Positions 50,569 to 61,484 of a stretch of DNA of 64,000 nt are shown here, piece by piece. The stretch spans positions 2,656,001-2,720,000 of the forward strand of contig CAVUSO010000001.1 of NCBI GenBank assembly GCA_963744145.1. The letters run 5' to 3'. The first letter of the stretch is position 1, and every line of letters starts with the position of its first letter. Source of the stretch: an uncultured cyanobacterium (GTDB lineage: Bacteria; Cyanobacteriota; Cyanobacteriia; Cyanobacteriales; CAWUOF01). Below the pieces are notes generated by a model. That model searched no databases and had not been told where the DNA came from. It saw only the letters and a list, made by a program, of their open reading frames with translations. A program made the translations under genes and the position numbers.

Positions 50569-51288
50569 ATGAAATCAGACTCTTTGAATGAAATGTCAAA
50601 GGAAGAAGCAGGGGATTCACAAACACCACAACCTGTCGTTCAAGAGCTAATTTGGTTTCGGACTGAATTTGTCGGCTGTATGGAAATGTATGCTAGTTTG
50701 GAGACGGTGGCTAATTATCTGGATGCTCATCAAGCTTGGTTTCGCAGATGTGCCCACCCCATGCAAACCGAGCCATTAGGTGACAATGGTTATGCTTTGA
50801 CGATTGGTCGTTTTGGGGCTCTGGGTTATGAGGTTGAACCGAAAATTGGCTTAGATTTAACCCCTCAAGAAGCAGGAGTTTATCGAATTGCTACGATTCC
50901 TGTGCCAAATTATGTTCCTCCCGGATATGAAGTTGATTTTCAAGCTCGTCAGGTATTAGTAGAAGTACCAATCTCAGAATTGTCCATCCTGGATCACTCC
51001 CTAGCGCAAGTTTTACCGAGTTTGGTGACTCGGGTTGAATGGCATCTTTACTTAAATGTTGGTGTTTTGTTTCCGAAATTTATTCAGGTTTTGCCCAAAA
51101 AAACTATAAAAAAAACAGGCGATCGCCTGTTAGCCCAAATCGTCAAACAAATTTCCCGACGTTTAACTTATAAAGTTCAAGAAGATTTTCATACTACCTT
51201 GGGATCTGAGGTCTTAGAATTCTTTCACCAAAATCGCTCTTTCCAAAAGAAGAAGGTAGTTTGTGAACAAGTGTTTGAATCTACTTAG
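50569..51288 (+). CDS. DUF1997-like protein
   Basis: YLDAHQAWFRRCAHPM...GRFGALGYEVEPKIGL...QISRRLT.KVQEDFH pattern. Confidence 0.75.
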   Translation: MKSDSLNEMSKEEAGDSQTPQPVVQELIWFRTEFVGCMEMYASLETVANYLDAHQAWFRRCAHPMQTEPLGDNGYALTIGRFGALGYEVEPKIGLDLTPQEAGVYRIATIPVPNYVPPGYEVDFQARQVLVEVPISELSILDHSLAQVLPSLVTRVEWHLYLNVGVLFPKFIQVLPKKTIKKTGDRLLAQIVKQISRRLTYKVQEDFHTTLGSEVLEFFHQNRSFQKKKVVCEQVFEST

Positions 51289-51329
51289 GGTTTGGGTTTA
51301 GCTGGGTATTCGGATTTGGTGGCAATTGA

Positions 51330-51824
51330 TTACATCTTGGATATAATGTTCTGCACAATCCCGATCCCGGTCACAGCCTGCCAACCAAACAGCCCTAATA
51401 AACCAATATTGAGAAAAATATGGGTATATCGAGCCCAATCCTGACCTTTTTGCATATAGGGAGATAGGGAAGCAGAAACCGCAATGAGCCCGGTCATGCT
51501 TAATCCGACTAGCAAATGGGGACCAAAAAACAGTTTCCCATTATTAATATAGGTAACCGCCATCCCACCGATACTAGATAGGACCATCAGTGCTAAAAGC
51601 AATGAGCCAATTTTGTGATGACGGAGCGGAAATTGCCCTTGAATCAAACCCTTTTTTGTATCTCCTTCAGCAGTTCTGGTTCTCCGGATTTGAATACCCA
51701 GATACATGGCATAAATTGCAGTAGCTAGTAGTGTCCACATCACTAGGGGATGGGCAAACTGACTCCATGTTTTCAGCGATGCAGTAATTTCCGTGTCCAT
51801 AGGTTTGATTGAATTATCTCGCAA
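51330..51824 (-). CDS. DUF4079 membrane protein
   Basis: HPLVMW, RHHKIGS, GPHLLVG and YTHIFLN: four TMs with conserved His residues. Confidence 0.82.
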   Translation of the reverse strand: MRDNSIKPMDTEITASLKTWSQFAHPLVMWTLLATAIYAMYLGIQIRRTRTAEGDTKKGLIQGQFPLRHHKIGSLLLALMVLSSIGGMAVTYINNGKLFFGPHLLVGLSMTGLIAVSASLSPYMQKGQDWARYTHIFLNIGLLGLFGWQAVTGIGIVQNIISKM

Positions 51825-51930
51825 GACTTAATAAAAGTTAGCATAATATCGGTCAGTTCTCATCTTGTAATTAATAAACCATTATCAACACTTCTCAAAA
51901 TTTTCATTTAAGCAGAAGGAATCATTAAGT

Positions 51931-53418
51931 ATGGCAGCGACTAGAAAAGATATTTTATTATTACAGGCGACTAAAGATGGCAATATTAACCAAGTAGAAG
52001 CGCTGCTAGCGATGGAAGCAGATGTTAATGTTACCGATCGCGATGGCACCACCCCTTTAATGTTCGCTGCTCAGTTTGGTTATACCGAAATTGTCAAAGT
52101 TTTGGTCAAAGCTGGAGCAAAGATTGAGCAGTCCAGAACTCAGTTTGGGATTACAGCCTTAATGATTGCTGCCGCAGCTAATCAGATTGACACAGTAAGG
52201 TTTTTAGTGTATAGCGGCGCTAATGTCAATGCTATTAATGAAGATGGTAGCACAGCTTTAATGATTGCAGCTTTACAAGGTCATTTGCAGATTGTGCAAA
52301 TCTTGGTGGGTGCTGGGGCTCAAGTGAATTTAAAAGATTTAGTTGAAGATAATGCTTTAAATTTGGCTGCTCAAAAAGGTCATACAGAAGTAGTCCAAGT
52401 TTTATTAGCTGCTGGTGCCCAGATAAATTTAACAAGAGAATGCGATCGGGTTTCTGCTTTATTTTTAGCGATCGCTGTGGGTCAAGTTCAAACTGTCCAA
52501 GTTTTATTACAGTGGGGTGCTGATCCTCATGTCGTTAGAAAAAATGGCAAAACTTGTCTAATGCAAGCGGCAGAAATTGGTAATTTAGGAATTACGCAGT
52601 CGTTACTCGCGAAAAGTGTTGATGTTAATGCTCAAGATCAAGAAGGGGATACAGCTTTAATTTTGGCAGCAGAGGTCGGTCATCTTGACATTGTCAAATT
52701 ATTAATAATTGCTGGAGCTGATCTGAATATTAAAAATCAAGATGGGTGGTCAGCTTTGAGTGTTGCTGCTGCTGGGGGTTATAGGGAGATTACTAAAGTT
52801 TTAATTGGTGCTGGAGCCGATATTAATACTAAAAATCAAGAAGGTGAAACAGCTTTAAATCTAGCTGTAATCGAAGGATATAATCAGGTAGTAGATTTAC
52901 TGTTAGAACGAGGAGCAGATGTAAAAACTACCAATAACCTAGGTGATACAGCTTTGATTATAGCAGCTTGGCATGGTCAAAGTAAAATCGTTGTTTCTTT
53001 ATTAAATAAAGGTGCTGAAGTTAATCAAAAAAATCTCGGAGAAAGTCCTTTAACTATAGCTGCTACTCATGGACATAGCGAAACAGTTCGTTTTTTGTTA
53101 GAATATGGTGCTGATCCCAATATCAGGGATGAACAACAAAAAACCGCCTTGATCAAAGCTGCCGATCGCGGTCATACTCAGGTGATTCAACAATTATTAG
53201 CTAAAGGTGCTGATCCTAATCTTCAAGATCAGAACCAAACAACCGCTTTGATGTGGGCAGCTCAAAGAGGGAATGGGGAAGCAGTACGTTTATTGTTAAA
53301 TGCTGGTGCGGATGTGAATAAAAAAAATTGGGGTGGATATTCAGCTTTGATGTTAGCAGAAGCTAATGGACATAAAAATCTGGTGCGATCGCTCAAAGTT
53401 GCTGGTGCTGAAGAATAA
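51931..53418 (+). CDS. Ankyrin repeat protein
   Basis: About 14 G.TAL..AA..G....V..LL..GA.VN repeats. Confidence 0.96.
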   Translation: MAATRKDILLLQATKDGNINQVEALLAMEADVNVTDRDGTTPLMFAAQFGYTEIVKVLVKAGAKIEQSRTQFGITALMIAAAANQIDTVRFLVYSGANVNAINEDGSTALMIAALQGHLQIVQILVGAGAQVNLKDLVEDNALNLAAQKGHTEVVQVLLAAGAQINLTRECDRVSALFLAIAVGQVQTVQVLLQWGADPHVVRKNGKTCLMQAAEIGNLGITQSLLAKSVDVNAQDQEGDTALILAAEVGHLDIVKLLIIAGADLNIKNQDGWSALSVAAAGGYREITKVLIGAGADINTKNQEGETALNLAVIEGYNQVVDLLLERGADVKTTNNLGDTALIIAAWHGQSKIVVSLLNKGAEVNQKNLGESPLTIAATHGHSETVRFLLEYGADPNIRDEQQKTALIKAADRGHTQVIQQLLAKGADPNLQDQNQTTALMWAAQRGNGEAVRLLLNAGADVNKKNWGGYSALMLAEANGHKNLVRSLKVAGAEE

Positions 53419-53466
53419 TATTAATTAATTCCACGAGGGTCAAAATTTTCTCGACGATCAGAGCTG

Positions 53467-53523
53467 AAAAAAAATCCCCAAGTGGTTAAACTTGGGGACA
53501 TTTAATATCAGGGTGCATCTATC
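53467..53523 (-). ncRNA. nsiR1: NsiR1-like sRNA, copy 2
   Basis: Minus strand GATAGATGCACCCTGATATTAA, then hairpin TCCCCAAG...CTTGGGGA and a T-run. TCCCGA lies about 30-35 bp upstream. Family identity is from recall. Confidence 0.7.
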
Positions 53524-53584
53524 CTATTTATTCTTAGTGTTAGTTTCATCATCGGGATAAATTTCCCCAAAACTTCAAAAAATA

Positions 53585-53637
53585 AAAAACCTCCAAACCG
53601 TTAAGCTTGGAGGTGTTAATATCAGGGTGCATCTACA
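53585..53637 (-). ncRNA. nsiR1: NsiR1-like sRNA, copy 1
   Basis: Minus strand GTAGATGCACCCTGATATTAA, then hairpin ACCTCCAA...TTGGAGGT and a T-run. A perfect TCCGGA sits at 53668-53673 (about -35). Confidence 0.75.
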
Positions 53638-53807
53638 CTTTGGTTATTCGCCCCTAAAATCAGACGATCCGGATTGATTTGTGAAAAGACTAGAAAATTA
53701 AAAAACTTTTTTCTGATGGGGGTGGACGCAGATTGTCCCAGAGCGATCGCCATTGATGGGACAGACCACAGTTCTGCCCCACTAGAGCATTGCCCCCATT
53801 GATGACA

Positions 53808-54347
53808 TCAATAATTAATATTAACGAGAAGTACATCTACTGGAATGTGACGAATTAAATCATCATATAAAACTTGCTGAGATGCTAGGGAACGACAAAA
53901 GCTAGGAACCATAGGCCCAGACCAGGTCTGATCAAATTCTTTCCATAATTGTTGTAACTGCGGATTAATTGCACTATCTGCTAAAATTTCTAATCCGATA
54001 CTATACATATCGATTAATTCTTGTAAGTTAGCACTGACATATATTTTGCCATTTATTACAGCTCCATCTATGGTTAATAAACCAGCCATAATATCGCGCA
54101 ATGTTTCGGTATCACTGCGAAAATTAATTACTTGCTCTTGCACAGGTGTAATATAAATTTGCAAATCATTTCCACCTTCAGCACGTAATTGTAATTGAAT
54201 CCCATCTAGCTCAATTATAGAAGTTTTTCCCGCCGCCGCTAATCCTAAATTTCTCCAAGTAGAACCTTGTTGAACTCGTAATATTTCGATCAGACGGTAA
54301 AATAATTGAGCTAATAAATCGGCTCGATCGCGAGGAGAATTACTCAT
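53808..54347 (-). CDS. Hypothetical protein with SCP2 sterol/lipid-binding-like domain
   Basis: FRSDTETLRDIMAGLLTIDGAVINGKIYVSAN resembles the SCP2 C-terminal pattern. ATGA-coupled to the glycosyltransferase. Confidence 0.55.
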   Translation of the reverse strand: MSNSPRDRADLLAQLFYRLIEILRVQQGSTWRNLGLAAAGKTSIIELDGIQLQLRAEGGNDLQIYITPVQEQVINFRSDTETLRDIMAGLLTIDGAVINGKIYVSANLQELIDMYSIGLEILADSAINPQLQQLWKEFDQTWSGPMVPSFCRSLASQQVLYDDLIRHIPVDVLLVNINY

Positions 54348-55711
54348 AAACTCATCACATGACTATTCAGATAAGTTTCCAGAGCATTAGCTGCGGTAAC
54401 TGCACCATTTTCTGTTTGCACTTGTTGACTTACTTGGGCTGCTTTAATAGCATATTTAGGATCAAATAGCAAGTGTGCCAACTCTTTGATCATGCGATCG
54501 ACATGACAGTCATGGACAGAAATAGTGCGAGCTACTCCCAACCGAACTAAACGAGCGGCATTATCTGGCTGATCGTGAGCGTAGGGAACTACTAGCATCG
54601 GTTTACCAGCTTGCAATGCTTGTCCAGTTGTGCCCACACCCCCATGATGGACGATCGCTACTGCGCGGGGAAAGATTTGGGAGTGAGGGGCATAGTCAAC
54701 CACCATGATCCCATCGGTCAGTTGGTCTAAAGGAAAACTCGGTGCTGCTGATCCAACCAATAAAACAGCCCGATAGCCTAACTGTTGGGCAGCTCGCGCA
54801 CCTTCTAAGTAAAAATTTCCCGGACTCAAGACATATAAGGAACCCAAGGTAAACACAATCGGAGGCTCTCCTGCGGCTAAAAATGCCTCTAGTTCAGGAG
54901 ATAAAGTGTGATTGTCATTTTTTTGATCATAGAAGGGAAACCCAGTAATCCGGGTTTTAGCTGGCCAATCTGGCTGAAAAGATGCTAAAACTGAGGAAAA
55001 TAATGCTAGCACTAAGTTGGGGGAATGTTGACCCTCAAAAATCGGATCACCACTAGGTAATAAGTCTAAATCAGCTCTTAGTTGACGGGCTGTAGCACTG
55101 AAAAAGCGAGACTGCCATCGGAAATGGCGGAGCATGGTATCATTAGTTACTAATGCTAAGGCTTGTTCATAAGCTGAAGCTTGACTAGATGTATGATTGG
55201 GTAGATCATAAGCAGACATAAAGGAGCAAGGTGAAAGGATACTAGACGCCCAAGCAATTCCTGTGGTTTCTGCTAGTAAAGCACTAACAAAAGAAAGGTG
55301 ATGGGTGAGCAGCAAATCCGCTCCGGTGATCGCTTGTTTCAAATCTCTATACATAGAACGCAAGTGAGGCATCAAAATATAGGCAATGATATATTCACTA
55401 TCCCTGTGGCGCTCACTTAAGGCTTGAACTAAAGCCCAGTCTTGGGTCATGGTGAGGGTATCTGCATCTGGTCTAACCGGATAAAAATCAAGTCCAGTAG
55501 CGGCGATTTTAGACTGATAGTCCTTACTAATTGCCATGATCACCTGATGACCTCTAGCCCTTAATTCCAGTCCGATCGCGATGTAAGGATGAAGATCACC
55601 CAAGGAACCATAAGTATGTATTACAATCCGTTTCCCCCTCACTGGCTCTTTCACCTGTAAGAGGGAATCGGCAATCTGCTCTGCTATCATTTTTGAGTTA
55701 TTTTTGAACAA
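54344..55711 (-). CDS. GT1 family (GT-B) glycosyltransferase
   Basis: GSLGDLHP, VFTLGS and HHGGVGTT..AL.AGKPMLVVP.AHDQPDNA motifs. Confidence 0.92.
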   Translation of the reverse strand: MFKNNSKMIAEQIADSLLQVKEPVRGKRIVIHTYGSLGDLHPYIAIGLELRARGHQVIMAISKDYQSKIAATGLDFYPVRPDADTLTMTQDWALVQALSERHRDSEYIIAYILMPHLRSMYRDLKQAITGADLLLTHHLSFVSALLAETTGIAWASSILSPCSFMSAYDLPNHTSSQASAYEQALALVTNDTMLRHFRWQSRFFSATARQLRADLDLLPSGDPIFEGQHSPNLVLALFSSVLASFQPDWPAKTRITGFPFYDQKNDNHTLSPELEAFLAAGEPPIVFTLGSLYVLSPGNFYLEGARAAQQLGYRAVLLVGSAAPSFPLDQLTDGIMVVDYAPHSQIFPRAVAIVHHGGVGTTGQALQAGKPMLVVPYAHDQPDNAARLVRLGVARTISVHDCHVDRMIKELAHLLFDPKYAIKAAQVSQQVQTENGAVTAANALETYLNSHVMSL

Positions 55712-56108
55712 TTATCTGGGCACTGAGTAATGCTGTTCCAGTCGCACCGATCCACAGATCACCACCCTGTTGGTTTTTCCATTGGGCAGCGATCGCATAA
55801 TTTCCTGGTGAGAATTCTTTCACGGTTGAGATGGTGATGGGAATTCTTTGATTAGGAATAGCAGACTGATAAACACCATCAACAATGATTTCGTTATTCA
55901 CAGCGATCGCCAAAGAATTATAGTCTCCTGGTTGACTACTCCAAGTATCAGGGATATTCAGGGTTAGTAACATTTTGCTAGGGACGGTTAGCTCAATGTT
56001 GAGGGGATTAAAATCGGGAATATTAACAAAATCTTTGGCTTGAGTTTTGCCTTCTATTCCTTGGTGCAAGCTATACCAGAAATTATTCATATTTCCTTCT
56101 TCCAGCAT
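55698..56108 (-). CDS. Small beta-sandwich-like protein; stand-alone copy of a domain in the upstream gene
   Basis: WYSLHQG...VNIPDF...LLTLNIPDTW...QRIPITISTV...IGATGTALLSA matches approximately aa 186-307 of 56215..58461. Confidence 0.75.
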   Translation of the reverse strand: MLEEGNMNNFWYSLHQGIEGKTQAKDFVNIPDFNPLNIELTVPSKMLLTLNIPDTWSSQPGDYNSLAIAVNNEIIVDGVYQSAIPNQRIPITISTVKEFSPGNYAIAAQWKNQQGGDLWIGATGTALLSAQIIVQK

Positions 56109-56214
56109 GACTATGTTTCAGGTTTAACAGCGATCGCCAACAACCTAGGTAAATTCAGTAGCTCTAATCGCGGGTGAATTACCTAGGTAAATTGAAGCAT
56201 TAAATGGTGATATT

Positions 56215-58461
56215 CTAGGCTACCGTAAATTCGGAGATCTGAATTTCTTCCTGTTGCCAGGTGGCACCGTTAATGGTGCCATTATTCCCTTTACCAGTTT
56301 TATCACCAGCAATATGACTTGAACCTTCATTTAAAGAACGCCAGTAGCAATTTAATCCGATTTCACTACCTGTAAGTCTGTAAAGAAGATCCTTGCGGAT
56401 TTCTTCTTGGGTACGTGCGATACTCCAGATGCGTACATCTGCTATTTTGCCAATTAAGAAATTATCTACACGTCCAATCCAATAGCTAGTATTTTGATCG
56501 GTGTAGAAGTTTTCTGGTGCTGGTTTAGTCGCAAATAATGTCCCATTGCGGTAAACATTATACTCGGTTCCTTTCTTTACCCAAGCAATATGCACCCATT
56601 GATCTGTTGAGGTGAAAAAGTTATTAAATTGATTACCGTAACGCACACCAGAGCGATCGTAGGAATCGCAATAGAGTCCATTACTATCTGGACAAATCCA
56701 CATTCCTGGTTTGCGCCGGGCATCTCCCTGTTTACCGATAAATCCATGCCAACCATTATTGAGAATACCAGGCTTAAGAAACAAAGAAATGGTAAAATCT
56801 GTAGTATTAGCAAACGGATCTTTGACTTCTATATAGTCATCACCATCAAAACTCAATAGCTGTTGTAATTTTTCAATCTTTTCTCCCACTGGCAAGGATT
56901 CACTCAATGAGCCGTCAAAGACTGCAATTAATCCTTGTCCATCGTTATACCTGTGGATAATAGAGTTTTTCGGATCGTTTGGTTGCAGATTAGTAATGGA
57001 ATTACCATTGCTTTGATAGAGAGCTTTTACTCCGACTAAAAGGGGATGTAAACTATGAACCGCTATATTACCCCCAATTTGGTTATATTGGTTGCCAAAT
57101 TCTAACCCAAAAGCAGCTAGAAAAGTATTCCAGCGAGCTGCTTCGGCTGCGGCACCACCGTCTCCAGTACCACCCATGAGATAAACATTACCACCAGCTT
57201 TGATATATGAGATTAGCACTTGGTTATCAACAGTGTCTCCACCAATAAAGATGCCATCGTAAGTTAATAGAGTTGGCAAATCGAATTTAATATTTAGCCC
57301 TTTTGTCCAAGTATGACCTGCGTTGGTCATAGTTTCTTCTAACTTAGATTCAACTAAACCAAAATTGGTTGAGTAAGCATGGAATTTACCAGGACTTCCA
57401 CCAGTAAACCACTTGGCAATATTTGTAGCAAAAATAGCTGTATCGGGTGCATTATTAAATCCAGCATTACCTAATGTCCATTCATCATGGTTGACTATAA
57501 TCCGACCTAATTTTTTAGTAATCTCTGCTGATGTACTGACTAAACTAGCACTTAAAAATGCTGTACCAAAGGCTCCAATTGCTAATTCTCCACCATTGTC
57601 AGTTTGCCATTTAGCTGTGACTGTATGAGTACCTTTGGTGAGCTTTTGAACGGTAGATACCGTAATTGGTAAGCGTTGACCGGGGGTAGCACCATTGTAT
57701 ACTCCTTTGGCAACTATTTGTTCATCAACGGCGATCGCGAACCAGCTAAATATGCCTTCTTTATTGTTCCAAGTATCTGGAACATTTAAAGTTAACAACA
57801 ATTCAGCATCTGTGGATAAGTCGATGTGCAATTGCTCAAAATCGGGAATATTGACATAAGTATTTGATGTGGTGGTACTACTTTTCCCTTGATGCAAACT
57901 GTACCATATTGGTTGAGCTAAACTATTATTTTGTTCTGTAGTTAATGTGACACCAGTCAGGTTCGCACCTGTTAAGATTGCACCTGTTAAGATCGCACCA
58001 GTCAAATTCGCATCGGTTAAATTAGCATTGGTTAAGTCTGCTCCGACTAAGTATGTATAACTTAAATTAGCTTTAATCAGGTTGGTTTCTCTCAATTTAG
58101 CTGCATCTAAATAAGCATAGCTCAGGTCAGCATAATTGAGGTTGGCATAGCTAAAATCAGCATCAGCTAAATAGGCATGACTCAAATAAGCATAGTCTAG
58201 ATTAGCATAACCAAAATAAGCGTAGCCCAAATAGGCATATCCTAAATTTGCAGCCAGTAAGTTACTCACAGCAAAATTGCTAGCAAACAACCCAGAACCA
58301 CTCAGATCAATCGAAGCTAGTTCTTGCTGACTTAAATTAGCAGAGGGAAGATAGCTAGAGCGAAAATCTCGCTGTTGTTTGTCTTGATATAATCCTAGGA
58401 GAATTTTTACCAACTCCTCTGTATTCTGGGCGGGAAATGGCCAAATAATATCTCCGGTCAT
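56215..58461 (-). CDS. Multidomain protein: pentapeptide repeats + unknown beta domain + GATase-like domain + LamG-like domain
   Basis: A(N/Y)Lxx pentapeptide repeats; [12 protein letters not shown] domain; C-terminal [11 protein letters not shown]...WVHIAWV...[16 protein letters not shown] (LamG). Confidence 0.8.
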   Translation of the reverse strand: MTGDIIWPFPAQNTEELVKILLGLYQDKQQRDFRSSYLPSANLSQQELASIDLSGSGLFASNFAVSNLLAANLGYAYLGYAYFGYANLDYAYLSHAYLADADFSYANLNYADLSYAYLDAAKLRETNLIKANLSYTYLVGADLTNANLTDANLTGAILTGAILTGANLTGVTLTTEQNNSLAQPIWYSLHQGKSSTTTSNTYVNIPDFEQLHIDLSTDAELLLTLNVPDTWNNKEGIFSWFAIAVDEQIVAKGVYNGATPGQRLPITVSTVQKLTKGTHTVTAKWQTDNGGELAIGAFGTAFLSASLVSTSAEITKKLGRIIVNHDEWTLGNAGFNNAPDTAIFATNIAKWFTGGSPGKFHAYSTNFGLVESKLEETMTNAGHTWTKGLNIKFDLPTLLTYDGIFIGGDTVDNQVLISYIKAGGNVYLMGGTGDGGAAAEAARWNTFLAAFGLEFGNQYNQIGGNIAVHSLHPLLVGVKALYQSNGNSITNLQPNDPKNSIIHRYNDGQGLIAVFDGSLSESLPVGEKIEKLQQLLSFDGDDYIEVKDPFANTTDFTISLFLKPGILNNGWHGFIGKQGDARRKPGMWICPDSNGLYCDSYDRSGVRYGNQFNNFFTSTDQWVHIAWVKKGTEYNVYRNGTLFATKPAPENFYTDQNTSYWIGRVDNFLIGKIADVRIWSIARTQEEIRKDLLYRLTGSEIGLNCYWRSLNEGSSHIAGDKTGKGNNGTINGATWQQEEIQISEFTVA

Positions 58462-58785
58462 AAGTTACCTCTTGACATTAGATTTACAATTCATTATGCG
58501 TTTCAAGGTATCACTAATTAGTCCCAATAGTTGATAAAAAATGTTAAAATTTAGGCGATCGAACAGAATAGGCAACCATTATGTATTGATGTGACGATGA
58601 CAACCAGGAGCGTTTACTACCTAAAAAATTGTCCCAGATTTTTTGGCAAAATCAACTAAAAAAACTATGCTTCAGGAATTTTTCAGGACAGAACTGCTAT
58701 ACAAAAGTACCTCATCGGGAGATAATCGAGATCCATTGAACTACTTAGTTCTTGCGAACATAAGACAAATTACTCAGAAAACATA

Positions 58786-59881
58786 ATGTTTGATCAGAAT
58801 ATCATCAATGAGGCATTACAGACTTCTCGCTCAGTGATCGTCAGTACAATTGAGAAAACAATTACTAACAAGAGAGCAATGGGCAGGAGCCTATACATCT
58901 TTATATGACTTATTGATTGATTATCCTTTGCGGGTGGGCAAAATGCTACGTCCGACCATCTGTATTAGTGTAGCACGAGCGAGCGGTGGACTGGGTCATT
59001 TAGCAGTAAAAACTGCTGCGGCACTTGAACTATATCATAATGCGTTTTTAATTCACGATGACATTGAAGATGGTTCAGAATCGCGACGAGGTAAAGATAC
59101 GTTACACCAGAAGATTGGAATTCCCCGTGCGATTAATGTCGGAGATGCGACTAATGTATTAGCAGTGGGGTTATTATTAGAAAATTTATCAGTAATTGGG
59201 GTATCAAAGACCCTAAATGTTCTCCATGAAATTGAGTTCATGGCCCAGCAATCGGTCGAAGGACAAGCAATGGAACTGGATTGGGTCACAAATAATATTG
59301 CCAAAATTACAGATCAAGATTATTTTAATATGTGTGTAAAAAAGACCTGTTGGTATTCCTTTATTACCCCTTGTCGTCTGGGGTTAATTATTGGCTATCC
59401 CACAGATAATCCCACCGAATTAGTTAAACCTTTAGCCAATTTAACTAGGTTTGGAATGATTCTTGGAATTGCTTTTCAGATCCAAGATGATTTATTAAAT
59501 CTGCAAGGAGAAATGAAACCCTATGGTAAAGAAATTGGGGGAGATATATATGAAGGAAAACGCACATTGATGCTGAATCATGTTATTGCTAACAGTGGTA
59601 AAGCCGCTGAGGAAATTCTTGATATTCTTGCCCAACCAAGAGAGAAGAAGACCCCTAATCAAATTGCTTTTATTTTAGAAAAAATGCAAGAATGTGGTAG
59701 TATTGAACATAGTTGGAATGTCGCCCGAAATCTAGCTATTGAAGCAAAAACTATCTTTGATACCTTAGATTTTTTGCATCTAGAAACCCCCTTAAAACCA
59801 GAAGAAGAAGGGGTTTGTGCTAGGCAAGATCGAAGATTTCTCAAAGAATTAATTAATTATGTGATTTATCGAAATTTATGA
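58786..59881 (+). CDS. Polyprenyl diphosphate synthase; apparent frameshift near 58850-58905
   Basis: GKMLRP, AFLIHDDIED...RRG (FARM), GQAMEL, KT and FQIQDD (SARM). ATG 58786 (MFDQNII...) is in a different frame from the catalytic ORF. Confidence 0.88.
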
Positions 59882-61392
59882 GCCAATTACCACAGATCGA
59901 TCTGAAAGTTTCCCCAGGTATAACAGTGAGCTTGGAACTATTACTCCGTAACCAAGGTACAGAAACACTAGTGTTACACCCAAAATTAGAGAATTGGGTA
60001 ATTGATGGAGAACAAATTATTACACCTGTTAGTTCTGTTGATCCGGTTTGCATTTTATTATCAGAAAAAGCCGAACAAACTCAAATCATGAAACTGAGCA
60101 TACCCTCTGATTTACAACCAGGACAGATTCTGACAAATTGGCTCAGATTTCCTGGAACTCAGGAAGAAGGTATTTTTATGCGAATTGAAATTAGTAAATT
60201 AGACCAACAGCAACCATCTATAATTAATTTAGTTTTGCCAATTAATTTACCTTTTTTCTCCCCTAACCATCAACGAGATGGAATTTCAGGATTGATCTTA
60301 GGATTGATGGAACTTGACTATATCCCTACCCGGTGGATGGTAGCAGAAATTTTAGTTAAATTATGTCAATTTGGTGAGGAATATAGTCAATCTCAATCTG
60401 GAAGAGATTTAATTCAACAATTAAGTAAAACATCTTTTTTTCAAATTGGGGTTATTGCTTTAGAACAGACCCAATTGGTTAACTGGATTACTAATACTTT
60501 AAGAAATATTAAATTAAGTATTCCCATTAATAATAGTCAACAATCTCTGCTGGATGCTTGGACATTTTGGTGGTTCAGTTTAAATGAATTAGATTTAGAA
60601 ATAGACGCAGAGAGCCACCTAATTGCTCCCTCTCTTCTTTTAGCTGAAAATTTTATTAATCACATCGGAAAAAGGGGAGAAAAGTGGTTTGCTAATTTGC
60701 TTTTGGGATTAGTTCAATTATCACCAACAATTGCTCTAAATTTAAAAAAAATTGCCACCCAACCCCCAAAAGATTCACAAATATTAACAGAGTTATCTAC
60801 CCAATCTAGTTATAATTTAGCCACGGGATTATCAGGATTTGATTTACTTCCTGTCCGTTGGTTAGTGCTAGAAATTTTACTTTTACTTAATGATGTGGGC
60901 AGAGAATATATGACCACGGAAACGGGTGAAAAATTATTAAATCAGTTGAGTGGTACTCGTTTATTTAAAAATTTAGTAATTGCTTTTATCTCAGCTCAAC
61001 TACCACGTTGGATAGCAATTAGTCAAGGTGCTGCAAATGCTTATTACGAGTCTCTCGGTATTGCTCATCAGCATCGTGGGATATTATATTACTGGGAAAA
61101 TTGGTTATGGAGTTTAACTGGGATAGAATTAAACTCAGCCGGAATTAAGCATATCACTTCTAGTAAAAATATCTTTACTGTGCTGAAACAAGAGCAAATC
61201 AATGTCGAAGAGTTGGTTGGTTCAATGATCATGGGACTGGTAAAAATTTCACCCCGAATTGCTGCCCAAGTCCAACAGATAGCCGCAAAATCTCCCCATT
61301 TATCGCGATCGATTAATCAAATACCAATCAAAGTAAATCATCCCATTGATGATATTATTAATCAATCCGGTAATGGGGGTTTAACTAGGTAG
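59878..61392 (+). CDS. Hypothetical protein: Ig-like N-terminus plus an internally duplicated helical domain
   Basis: GLMELDYIPTRWMVAEIL..L...GEEY....SG..L..QLS.T..F versus GLSGFDLLPVRWLVLEIL..L...GREY....TG..L..QLSGT..F. ATGA-coupled to the prenyl synthase. Confidence 0.7.
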   Translation: MSQLPQIDLKVSPGITVSLELLLRNQGTETLVLHPKLENWVIDGEQIITPVSSVDPVCILLSEKAEQTQIMKLSIPSDLQPGQILTNWLRFPGTQEEGIFMRIEISKLDQQQPSIINLVLPINLPFFSPNHQRDGISGLILGLMELDYIPTRWMVAEILVKLCQFGEEYSQSQSGRDLIQQLSKTSFFQIGVIALEQTQLVNWITNTLRNIKLSIPINNSQQSLLDAWTFWWFSLNELDLEIDAESHLIAPSLLLAENFINHIGKRGEKWFANLLLGLVQLSPTIALNLKKIATQPPKDSQILTELSTQSSYNLATGLSGFDLLPVRWLVLEILLLLNDVGREYMTTETGEKLLNQLSGTRLFKNLVIAFISAQLPRWIAISQGAANAYYESLGIAHQHRGILYYWENWLWSLTGIELNSAGIKHITSSKNIFTVLKQEQINVEELVGSMIMGLVKISPRIAAQVQQIAAKSPHLSRSINQIPIKVNHPIDDIINQSGNGGLTR

Positions 61393-61484
61393 TCAGGAAG
61401 AGAAATTAAATCACTCTATATTTATTTTTCATTCCTAAACCAATTAAATGAGCGAGTGATTAAAGCGATAAAATTTCGATATTT

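Noticed and set aside
58786..59881. Polyprenyl synthase as a second cargo of the family 2B encapsulin
   Set aside because: It lies about 15 kb away in a separate operon and lacks a long disordered targeting extension.
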